This document shows positions 1-11,742 of a DNA stretch of 64,000 nt, in pieces. The DNA lies in assembly GCF_009914755.1 (NCBI RefSeq), contig NC_060930.1, one strand, 5' to 3'. Position numbers and translations under genes: made by a program. This DNA is from the human T2T-CHM13v2.0 reference genome, Homo sapiens. Under the pieces are notes generated by a model. It did not search any database. It saw nothing but the letters and a program-made list of their open reading frames with translations, and was not told the DNA's origin. How positions within the stretch are numbered: position 1 is the stretch's first letter; each line of letters begins with the position of its first letter.

Positions 1-375
1 ACAAATACAAGTTGACAAATCTTTATAAAATAGATATCTACCTCTTGATGTCTGTCCATAAGTCAGATGCAAAGCCATGACTTCTAACTTACACTCCCCT
101 AAAGATCCCCTATTTCCCTTTCACAGTGGCTGATGTGGTGGCATCACACACCCACCCAGCGTTCAGTGACATAACAGATCCTGACGATGGTCACCATTAA
201 CATCTCTCTTATGCTCGCCTCAGAGCAGAAGGTAACAGTCCATCTACAGACTGCAGAGATGTTTTGTTTTTGTTCTTTAAAAATGAAGACGAGTGCCTCC
301 AACAAAATATCCCTTTTGATAAACCTTGGTTTTTTATGTGCATCTGAACAGCCCAACACATTGTTTTCAGTTAGG

Positions 376-702
<327 letters not shown>

Positions 703-1614
703 TTACTTCATAGGGAGACATTTCCAAATTGCGAGCAACAAATTTTCAGTATTGCTTAGGGTGATAGGATACCCAAATATTTTTGCACTAAGTATGGAGG
801 TAAGTTTCTGGGTGACAATGCTTATGTACGGCAACAGCTTTTAAAAAAACTTTACAATATCATTTTCTCATATTCACATAGGCCAGGATATCCACAGATA
901 ATTGGAACTCTGATGCTTGGAAGGTTCTGGAAGAAGAGGCTTTCCAATCCCTATCACCCCAGGCAGCCCTGGAATTCCTGCCCTGTTTTTTATGTGTGTA
1001 CACTCCAGAGTTCCAGGGAGAGAGTTACTTTCTTGTCTTAATGGATTCGGCTATAGAGTGGTAGAGGTATCTTTTAGTTATTTTTTTGAAAAACTAAGAA
1101 ACAAAAAAAGGGAAGTGTTCTTGTTCGCAGGCTTCTGGGATGCCTGAATCTCCCCACCTGATAGATGTGGCCTCACCAGGGCCCCCTTCCCACACCAGAC
1201 AGGCACCAAGAGAGCCTAGCCATGGCCCTGCTCTCCCCACAGGGCTGGCCCATGTGTCTCCAGCTGCCTGGGCGGTTCTTCACTTTGTGTGACCAGGCTC
1301 CGCATGTACCTTCTGTCTCAAAGGGCTCCAGCTGCGTCGAGGCTTCCAGCATCACCCCTCACTGCTGGCACAGCAATGGGACACATCTGAGGGGACCCTC
1401 ACAAGCTGCTGTCTCCATGCGTCTCACTGCTGGGAGGCTCCTGGGTACTCATCTGCCCAGGTCTGGGGTCACTTTCTCCCAGGCCAGTTGAGGATGGAGA
1501 ATTATTGTTGCTCCAATATGACAGGTCTAAGGATTGTGCAGTGTCTGAAACAACCATATGTGCTCAATGTTGTCCTGCTTTTCCTCTCTTTTTTTCCAAT
1601 AAAATCTTTCATAA

Positions 1615-1947
<333 letters not shown>

Positions 1948-2554
1948 TAAAAGGTCTTCTTTTATAATTATGAAACAAACTAAATATTTTTCTGCCTTTT
2001 TTCCTGTCTCACTGGGAAGGAAGCTTTAAGATCTAGTTCACTCTCCTTATTTCAAAGGCAAGTGTCCTGAGAGGCAGGGAGGTAAAATGACACTGGGGCC
2101 ACACAGCTGGCTGGAGGTGAAGCTGGCACCAGTGCCGAGGCCCCCTCCCTTCCTTCCACTCACTGCTCGCTCCCCTCAGTGCATCCTCTGCCTCCCTGCC
2201 TGCCCAGTGCTGGTTCATGGAACCAGCTTCTAGAGCCTCCACACCCCTTTCTTCTTAGCCTGGCTCTTCTGAGGCACCTGGCTTTGATCATTATCTGCAG
2301 GTATAATCCTTAAATCCAAGTTTTTGTTTGGATGGCTCAGCTTTCACTGCCTCTCCCCCAGCCTATATTTTTGTGCAACCGAATGCTTCCAGACTCTCTC
2401 ATAACCATCAGAGCTCTGCCATTCTCCAAGGGCATGGCAGTCACAGCCTTGATGCCATCTTCAGTTATTCCTTCATCTGGCTTCAGGCTGTCACAAGTGA
2501 TTCCTGAGAGCTCATTCCCTTTGGAATCCCACACCAACGCTCTGGCCCATGGTC

Positions 2555-2670
2555 TGATTTATGGAGGGGTTACTGTGTGCCAGGCACTGGGCTGGGTGCT
2601 GAGGACACAAAGATGCTACAACACAGTCTCTGCTCTCAAGAACTGCAGTGTGGTGGGGAGCCAGTCAGAA
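2555..2670. mobile_element. L2 3'-end fragment
   Basis: tactgtgtgccaggcactgggctgggtgctgaggacacaaagatg...ctcaag resembles the L2 terminal consensus. Confidence 0.6.
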
Positions 2671-2673
2671 CCT

Positions 2674-2909
2674 CCTGCTTTTGAAGTTTCCATGAATGTA
2701 ATCCTAGTATACGTATTCTTTGGTGTCTGGCTTCTGTCCTTCAACACGCCGTTATGTTCATCCACCCACAGTCCCTGCAGCCTGTTGTATGAGATGCTGT
2801 GTTTGCTTACCCATCCTCTGTGGATGGACGCTCGTGGTATCCCGTTGGGTTCAGGATGAACAAGGCTGCGGTGACAGCATCCTCACTCTTGCCTCCTAAA
2901 CTGGTACAA
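2674..2909 (+). repeat. Copy 1 of a ~236-bp dispersed direct duplication (old L1M-derived sequence)
   Basis: Matches 4455-4691 with 8 substitutions and 1 indel by eye. Confidence 0.95.
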
Positions 2910-4139
2910 TGCAGATTCACAGGTACCAGGCTGCCCGCTGGGCTTGACTATCCCGGCTGTCCCTGCACTGCCTCCTCTCTGGCCCAGTACCTCGCATGCA
3001 CCATACAGGGCCTCCGTGCTGCCATCTGAAACCTAAGTTTGTTTCCATTATTTCTATTCCCAAGCAGGTTTTCTTTGTGGGCATCCATTTCCAGTTGCTG
3101 GAACATGAAGCCCCTGGAGGGCCAGGTTCCCTCCCACACAGAAGTGGAGTCTGAAGGCTGGAACTGGTGCTCTCTGCAGACCAGGAGCTTTTGCAAGGAG
3201 AGGGCTGCCTCTCCATTTGCTCTCTCTGTGCTCTGCCACAGAGCACAGAGAGCGCCCACTGGGGGTTCTGGCCCTGGGGCCAGCATGTGACTGCTTTGAG
3301 GTGCTTCTGGGCTGAGACGATGGTCCTCTGGAGGATGCTGCCGGGGAAATCCTCGGGGGGCCAGAGAGAGTGGAATCAGACCTGGGGCAGGGGGACCTCG
3401 GAAATAATTATCACCATGCCAGGAAGGAGCACTTGTTTCATTTTTTTCTTTAAGAGTCTGTTTCCCTGTTTTGTTTTTTTCCATTAGAGCCACATGTTGC
3501 TATGGGAACGAGGGTGGCATGGGAGCCCAGAGCCACTCACTGGTCTGACCGAAGCCAGTAAATAAATTCTGCCTCACTCCAGGCCCTGAGCCGAGTGGTC
3601 CTGGAGGGCAGCTCAAGTAGCCACTTGCAGACTTTCTGTCCTGCTGCTGTCGGCCCATGCAGATGCTCCTCTGACACGCTCGTGGGCTGATCACTCTCCT
3701 TGGAATAAGGAGCGGTGAGCCTGCAGAGTGCTCTGCACCCTCCCACCCTCCCAGGTCCTCTAAGACATAAACTCATTCATGGCTCCCAAACTCCAAGGGC
3801 CAGGATCACTCGATCCGTTTTACAGATCAGGACTCACCCTCCTCCTTCAGGGCTGGCTGCTGTTTTCATTCACTGATGTCTCTACCATCAATCAGGTACA
3901 GCCATTTGAAATCTCACCCAGAGTTAAGGGGCTTTTTAATGGGGATTCATTTCTACCAGGTGGTGAAGCTGCCATCCCCTTAAGGAAGGGTCCTGCCTCA
4001 GTTTCTCCCCAAGATCTAGCACAAACTGGTGTACACAGCATGCTCAGAGCCACCTGCTTATCAATGCCTGACTCATAGAGTTCTGGGCCAGGGTGCAGCT
4101 GGGCTCATTTTGCACATTGCCGTCTATTATGCCTTTGTG

Positions 4140-5020
4140 GGAGACGCAGTGGCCTCGATGTTACAGCCAGACTGCCTGGATTCACATTCTGATTCTGCCA
4201 CTCAAGACTGGGTTGATCTCGTACAAATTAGTTAACGTCTCTCAGCCTCGGTTGCCTCTAAACTTTTTACTGCCAAAACTGTATGCTATAAGGCACAGTT
4301 TTCCCATAGAAATACCATGTGGGACAAGAAACAGTGGTGCCTCCCCCTCACTGAGGAAACCCCAATTCTGGCTCAGATAAGATTTGTCCCCTTGCTTTCT
4401 TTTTCTTAGCAGTTTTACCACTTGTGTATGCATGAATGTTGTAGTAAAGCTTTGCCTGCTTTTGAAGTTTCCATGAATGTAATCCTAGTATACGTATTCT
4501 TTGGTGTCTCGCTTCTGTCCTTCAACACGCTGTTATGTTCATCCACCTACAGTCCCTGCAGCCCGTTGTATGAGATGCTGTGCTTTGCTTACCCATCCTC
4601 TGTGGATGGACGCTCATGGTGTCCCGTTGGGTACAGGATGAACAAGGCTGCGGTGACAGCATCCTCACTCCTGCCTCCTAAACTGGTACAAGAGCTTCGT
4701 TGGAGAATACAGATAGGAGTGGAAGTGAATGCTCAGCCATAGGGTGAATGTGTGCATATGCTCCTTTAGGACAAAACACCAAACTCTTCTCCAGAGTGAC
4801 AGGGTCAGTCCATCTGCCCACAGCACTGGAGGAGAACTGCCCACTGCTCCACAATTTTGCCAACACTTAGTATTGAGTTTCCTCATCTTTAAAATGAGGA
4901 TGAGAGTGGAACCTACTTCATATATGAGGATTAAATCATGTAATAAATATAAAGGGCTGGAAGATAACCTGGCACACAGTAAGTGCTCAGCAAATACTAG
5001 CTACTATTATTGTAATTAAT
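4140..5020 (+). mobile_element. MIR split by an old antisense L1ME-type fragment (~4256-4875)
   Basis: MIR 5' half (agccagactgcctggattc...tctcagcctcggtt) resumes near 4875 (gagtttcctcatctttaaaatgagg...ctggcacacagtaagtgctc). The middle resembles an antisense L1M 3' region. Confidence 0.65.
4455..4691 (+). repeat. Copy 2 (probable source) of the ~236-bp duplication
   Basis: Embedded in continuous L1M-like sequence on both sides. Confidence 0.95.
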
Positions 5021-7324
5021 AATAATGATGATTATTATAAGGGTCCTAAGCTAGGAGATGCTGAGATATCTGGTGCACATACTTTTCCATTTACAAATGT
5101 TTCTGGTTTAAGAAAATCCTCCATATGACTATAGAAACTCTGTATTGGAATGCCACGGCCTCTTGATAATGAAAAGTTGGTTTACTACATCTTTTCCTTT
5201 ATTGCTTTCTTTGACTGACTGACTGGGAGAGGGAGAGATGGGTGTACAGATGAGATCACTCACCCATTCATTCAGTTAACAGGTCCTCTATGCTTACACA
5301 TGCCAGGCACCACGCTAGGTGCCAGGGATACAAAGATGAATATGACACAGCCTCTCTCCTCACTATATAAATTCAGTAAGTAAAATGGAACCTGAGAGCT
5401 GCCTAAAGCCTGTCAATACCATCCTCAGTTTCTGCTATTGACTTGGTAAAAGCTTTCATGTAGGTTCTTGTGAGCAGAAACCCTGTCTTTCTGAATACAT
5501 TGCAGAGAATTTCCTTTTCCTACAGTCCTTTTTAACCCTCAAGACTGCTTGTGGGCCCCTGAGCTCCCAGCGTACTGAAAAAAATCACTCCAGAACTTTC
5601 AAACCCACGTTTTTATAAAAGCCATAAAAAGAAACAGGCGTAGCTTCTGTTTCTTGAACATCACTGCCTGATTTTCATGGGTGCACAGACTTGATCTTAT
5701 TTACTCCCAGCCGGGTTTATTTAAGGATGTAGGCATGTGCCTTTGCTATTTGCTCAGATAATTAGTAACATGAAATGGAAGGGTTTCTGGGAGACCCCGC
5801 ACATCAGAACCAGTGTGGCTCTGAGCACAGTCTTGGGGGCTGAAACTAAAGACTCCCTCGACGTTTGTTAACGTTGTTGACAAGGCCCAGTTTATTTTAG
5901 ACGTGAGAAACTTAGAAGAGGAGCAGTGTCTGTCTCCCCAGTGGCTCAGAGTTGATTAGCATTGAAGGCAGGTGAACGACCACACAGGAATGACCATGAA
6001 CTTGCTAAGCTGGCAGCCGAGACCACCTTAAAGTGACTGAGGAAATGGTCAAGAAGGACCTCCTTGGCCACAGGCAGTGGGGACAATCAGATGCATGGAA
6101 ACAATGGAAGCGGAGGGTGGATGTGCTGAAAGACACACCGACATCTGTCTGCCATCTAGTGCTGAGCATGGGAGGAAGACAAAGGAGTCGGGGGAAGCGT
6201 TTGAGGGTAAAGAAAAAGCCACACGTGAGCACTGGGCCAAGCACAGGGGAGCTTCCAGAGCCAGGCGAGCAGGGAGCAGAGGACGACAGAAGCACACAGT
6301 GGGGGGGAGTGAAAGTGGAGTGTGCTGAGGAGTTCAGATAAATGATAAGGATGATGCTGAGTACACAAGGAACAGGGGTCACAGAAGGAAGTGGTGGAGT
6401 CTTTAACAGGTAAGCATTGGGGGAATTTACTGACAGAAGTCATAAACATAGCTAAAAAATTAAATGAATTCGTTGCTGCGGTGCTCACAAAGGAAGATGA
6501 GAGACAGATGCCAGCAGCAGACGTACACTTCCCAGAGGAGAGGGATGGAATGCCGCAGGAAATCAGAAGCGTGCCAGAGCAGGTGATCAAGAAATCTACA
6601 CTCTCAGACTGCCGAGGCCACTGTCACCTGAGAGCTGGACGGATCGGAGGGAAGCGGGGAAAATTAGCATGCAGCAGACGGAGACTGAGCCTTTGGATGC
6701 AGGAAGACCTGGCCGACTGGAGCAAGACAGATGCACACCTACAGCAGGCAAGAAATCCCAGTCCGCCTTAGCTCAGTCAGGCCAGCCTGGGGGGCCTGCT
6801 TCCACGCACTGCCTGCTGTCCGCCTTCTCCTATTCCAGCAGCTGCCGGGGGTGTTTGGAGTTCGGGGCAGTTTCCATGGTCCCTGTTGCAGAGCTATCAA
6901 CCCACTGAGCTCCTGCCTCCAAGAATGACTTCAGGTCTCTCTAAACAGCCAGCTGCTCTGCTAGCTGCTACTTACACACTGTCCAGGCCACTTCCCAACT
7001 TTTGCCAAACTGCCCAGCCACCATCTTCTCTTGAATGCTCTTCCATAGGAGCCTCCATGCTGCGCTTCCCCACCAGTCCCTGCTCTGCCCGCCTCTCTCT
7101 TGATGGGGAAGCACCTGCAGAAGACAGGCCTACCTGGGCCATTCGGCAAAGCGTGTGTTCACGCAGATTTCCCTTTATTGTACACACACAGACAGACCTT
7201 TCCATGCCATAGACCAAATCCATCGATAGTTTTTGAAGCTAGCACAAAGTCTCTGGGTTCACAAACACTGAGTAGCTAAAGGGAAACAGAGTGTTTCTCT
7301 GGCTCTGACTAAAACGAAGGCCAC

Positions 7325-7686
7325 TGTTATGGACTGATGCTTGTGTCCCTCCCAAATTCCTCTTTGGAAGCCCTAATCCCTAATGGAATGGGATTAGAAG
7401 TGGGGTCTTTGGGAAATGATCAGGTTCAGCGGAGGTCATGAAGGTGAAACCCCCGTGATGGGATTGGTGTCCTTATAGGAAATGAGACTGAGCGCTCATG
7501 CCTGCGCCCTCTGTCACTGTCTCTCGCGAAGTGCACACACCAAAGAAGGCCGTCTGAGGACAGAACCCAGAAGACGGCCCTCACCAAGAACCAGAGCCTG
7601 CTGGCACCCTGACCTCAGACTCCCAGCCTCTGGGACTGTGAGAAATCAATGTGTTACTTTAGCCAACAGAATAGCCAGCTGAGACA
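7325..7686 (+). mobile_element. MLT1A-type MaLR solo LTR
   Basis: TGTTATGGACTG start, ggccctcacca...gctggcaccctgacctcagactcccagcctc...actgtgagaaat core, ends GAGACA. Confidence 0.85.
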
Positions 7687-8146
7687 GCTGCTGATGTTAC
7701 TTAGCAAACAAGCAGGGACAGACAGAGGAAACCCTGCATCCTCTGCCCTCCAGGCCACGCTCCATAGTGAGAGAGGTACCCTGACCCCTGTTTTTGATGG
7801 CACAGTTCTGGCTCCCATGGGACTGTGAATCAGGGTGGTGCTGCACTCTCATCTCCAGCCTCCTGTCCTATGCTGCGGCCCTCCCCAGCTCCACGAAGTG
7901 CTCTTGTCCATGCGGTCATATCCTCTAGAGCTGTCTCTCCCAGGAATCCTGCCTGACCCAAGTCATCCTCCTTCCCTGATGTGACCCCGTCCCTCACGCC
8001 TCTGAACTCTGCCATACTGGCTTACACATATTTCCACTGTTCTCTAAGATAGGTGTTACAACATTTTTCAAATAATGTCCCAGAACCCAGTATGCTGCAG
8101 TAAAGAACATTCTCTGAGGGTTTGCTGTATTCTTGATGCCCAATAA

Positions 8147-8782
<636 letters not shown>

Positions 8783-8854
8783 TATTGTGCCTTTTTTTGT
8801 TCTCTGAGAATGAGATCCTGTTCATTATTTATTTTATGACTTAAGATGATTCCT

Positions 8855-9161
8855 GGCCCAGCGTGGTGGCTCATGCCTGTAATCCTAGCACTCTGGAAGG
8901 CTGAGGCAGGTGGATCACCTGAGGTCAGGAGTTCGAGACCAGGCTGGCCAACATGGTGAAACCTGTCTCTACAAAAAAAAATTACAAAAATTGGCTGGGC
9001 TTGGTGGCAGGCACCTATAATCCCAGCTAACTGGGAGGCTGAGGCAGAAGAATCACTTGGACGCAGGCGGCAGAAGTTGCAGTGAGCTGAGATTGTGCCA
9101 CTGCACTCCAGCTTGGGTGACAGAGTGAAACTCTGTCTAAAAAAAAAAAAAAAAAAAAAAA
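8855..9161 (+). mobile_element. AluSx-type
   Basis: Full dimer with poly-A; TSD AAGATG(A/T)TTCC. Confidence 0.95.
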
Positions 9162-9492
9162 GATGTTTCCCAGTTGACAACACTACTTTGAGGCTTTTTT
9201 TCCCCTGATCAATAACTGATTCAAAAAGACAACTGAGCAAGTTATTCACTAGCCAAATGGGATGGATCACAAGTTAACTAGTGACCTACTATCCAACCCA
9301 TTTAAAATGGCTGGTCCAATCTCCACCAAAGTGGTTGGGGCCCCTTGCACAGAGATTTTTGGGAAACTCATCATCAAAGAGAGGTCTCACACTCCAACTT
9401 CCGAGCTCTGTAATGGGAAATCATTCTTCATCTAGAATAGCTTTGAAAAAAAAGTCCAAGATTCTCTTCTTCTTCCTTGGTCACTGAGGTAA

Positions 9493-10631
9493 CAGGGTTG
9501 GGACCTAGGGCAGCCCTAGAAGAAGGCCCTGGGCAGACTTGCCTTGCTGCTTCTTAGCCTTTTCTGACTTGAGAATTCCTTCTGTTATAATACAAAATTT
9601 CAGGGTTCCATTTGGGAATTAAAAAACTAGTCTAAAATTTTTGGGGGGATGCAGTGTATAAAAAGCAAGAACTGCAAATGAAAAACAGTTAATTCGATTT
9701 CAATATGTTACTATGTAAAAATTTCAATTGTTTATGACCTGGTGTTTATAATTCTTGAATTTTTCTTTAGAAAAAATCGGTTGGTTTACTTTTATAGTTT
9801 TCAGATTTGTTTTGAAATAAAGAGGCAAGAGGAAAAGTTCCAGGTTTCTGTTTACAAGTTCCTCTCTGCAAGAAACACATTGTAGATGTGGACCACTTTT
9901 ATTCTAAATAAATAAAAAGCCAAAATGAATTTAAATTATCACAATATTTTCACGTTTAAAAATGCTTTTTGAAGTACCAGAAACACCTTGATGTGTTCTG
10001 GGGAAATTTTAATTCCATAAAGACAATGCATGAATCCCAAGCACAGGGCCCATTTGCTGGATGGAAACGAGAAGCCCTGTGTTCATAAAGCAGTAGAAAA
10101 CCTTTCTGCTTTCATCTAGGGTCTCTCTCTCAAGCTGTCACGCTGGTTATTATTTGCTACTTAATGTTGTGCTCCCTCGGGCACAGGGACACCCCACTGC
10201 CACCGCCCTGCCGGCCAGTGTAGCCCCTCACAGGCACCCAGGGCACTATCCTGTGACTTGAGCTCAGGACTCACACCAGACTCGGGCTCCGCCCATCCCT
10301 GTGCCAGGGCCCCTGTTGGGAGTAGAGAGGGCAGTGATCATGGGTGAGATGAGGATGGGCAGGCCAAGCAGAACCCAGGCATCCTGGCTCAGGGAGCGGG
10401 TGGCTGAGAGCTCATGGCAGGAAGGTGGGAAGGGGCAGGAGGCGGGATTGCGTGTGGGCTGAGGCTCCAAGGTCCTGGTGTGTGTTCCGCTGTGCCGTGG
10501 AGCTTCATTTATAAAACACAATTCAAAGGTAAAAAGACCCTAAGCATTTCAAGATGGTGCCACAGAGCATTAAACCTCAAGCACTGGGTCCCATGCGACT
10601 GTCCTGGTGGCACACCATAGAGCCAATCCTG
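9493..10631 (-). mobile_element. MER45B-like hAT-Tip100 DNA transposon
   Basis: Right end (atttcaagatggtgccacagagcattaaacc...gccaatcctg) matches the MER45 terminus. Candidate TIRs are CAGGGTTGG (9493) and CCAATCCTG (ends 10631). The left boundary is less certain and no TSD is visible. Confidence 0.6.
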
Positions 10632-11189
10632 CATAAATCTGAGAAAGATCACAGAAAGGTAAAATTGCAGAAATGTTGCTACTTTTATGTTTCTCATCTA
10701 CCTGTTGCATTTCGACCCATCATTTCCTATGCTGCCTCTCTTAAACCAGAGGTTCCTCGGAGGCACACGCTTGACACAGTGTGACTACGAAACAGCAGGG
10801 GAGTGATAAGTCTGCAGCACGGCCGCCTGCTAGACGCCACGCTCAGAGGGGCAAGAAACCTCATACAACTGCTGTCACTTGGGAGGGCTGAGGACTCAGA
10901 GACAAGGGATGGGGTGTTTGACCTCTCAAGCCCTCTGTGGTTGGCCGATTCCACAGAGAGCTGTAGGAATTAGCAAAGCAATAGGGGCTGGCTTTCATTT
11001 GCTAATGAAGAGATATCCAAAAATGATAATGATAACCCCACTGTGCAACTGCAGGACTTTCTCCACACCAAGCTGTCTGAATAGCAGGCCATTAGCAGGC
11101 AGAACAAACAATTCCACTTAACTCAGGATGTAGCATTTACCTGTACATCATGAAATCTCATGGCACCTCTCATGAAAAGAGACCCTTAC

Positions 11190-11268
11190 CTCATTTGCTG
11201 TGTTGTGTGTCCCAACGATACGGATGAAGGAGGCAGGCTGCCTTTCAAAAGTTACTGACTGCCAGGAC
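11190..11268 (-). CDS. BTBD9: Internal coding exon of BTB/POZ domain-containing protein 9 (C-terminal region, probably penultimate exon)
   Basis: Minus strand reads ttcctctcacAG|G TCC TGG CAG...GCA AAT GAG|GTAAGG. This is 79 nt (1 nt + 26 codons), peptide SWQSVTFERQPASFIRIVGTHNTANE, which I recognise from the BTBD9 C-terminus. Both splice sites are canonical. Confidence 0.95.
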
Positions 11269-11300
11269 CTGTGAGAGGAAACAACCATTTGCCTGATTAG
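11269..11300 (-). promoter_or_regulatory. 3' splice site of the BTBD9 exon: putative branch point CTAAT (11296-11300), pyrimidine tract and AG (11269-11270)
   Basis: Minus strand: ccatCTAATcaggcaaatggttgtttcctctcacAG. Confidence 0.7.
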
Positions 11301-11576
11301 ATGGTGCAGTTGACTCTCTGGTAGTGTGGCCGATGGAGTCATGTCCACTGAGGAGGGAGGGCTTCCTGTCCTCGGAGACCTGCACTATAGGAGGGGCAGG
11401 CAGCTGGGCTGCACCTAACGTATGGCTGAGAGAGGCAGGACATACACAGTGTCCCTATTCAGGAGCTTACAATCCCATCACAGAAGGCACTCCTCCCCAT
11501 CTGTGAATGTCACTTAGGCTTCTTACAAAGCCCTCCATAAACAAGCACAAAGGGCAGACCAAGCTCATTACAACAA

Positions 11577-11742
11577 GGGGTGGGGGGAGGGGGGAGGGAT
11601 GGCACTGGGAGATATACCTAATGTTAGGTGACAAGTTGATGGGTGCAGCACACCAGCATGGCACATGTATGCATATGTGACAGGCCTGCACGTTGTGCAC
11701 ATGTATCCTAGAACTTGGAGTATAATAATAATAAAAAAAAAA
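11577..11742 (+). mobile_element. Severely 5'-truncated L1PA3-5-type 3' end with poly-A and clustered A>G differences
   Basis: G-rich tract, ggagatatacctaatg, gggtgcagcacacca, cctgcacgttgtgcacatgta, A tail. Confidence 0.95.

Noticed and set aside
2332-3493. Longest ORFs in the track (175 aa +, 181 aa -)
   Set aside because: No recognisable domain or exon structure. The 175-aa ORF runs through L2/L1M-derived sequence, and its similarity to the ORF at 4422 is due only to the DNA duplication.
6005-7223. Cluster of overlapping ORFs on both strands
   Set aside because: Purine/GC-skewed sequence with few stops and no protein similarity I can recognise.
11148-11348. The 66-aa ORF as a standalone gene
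   Set aside because: Only 11190-11268 is exon; the flanking residues are translated intron.
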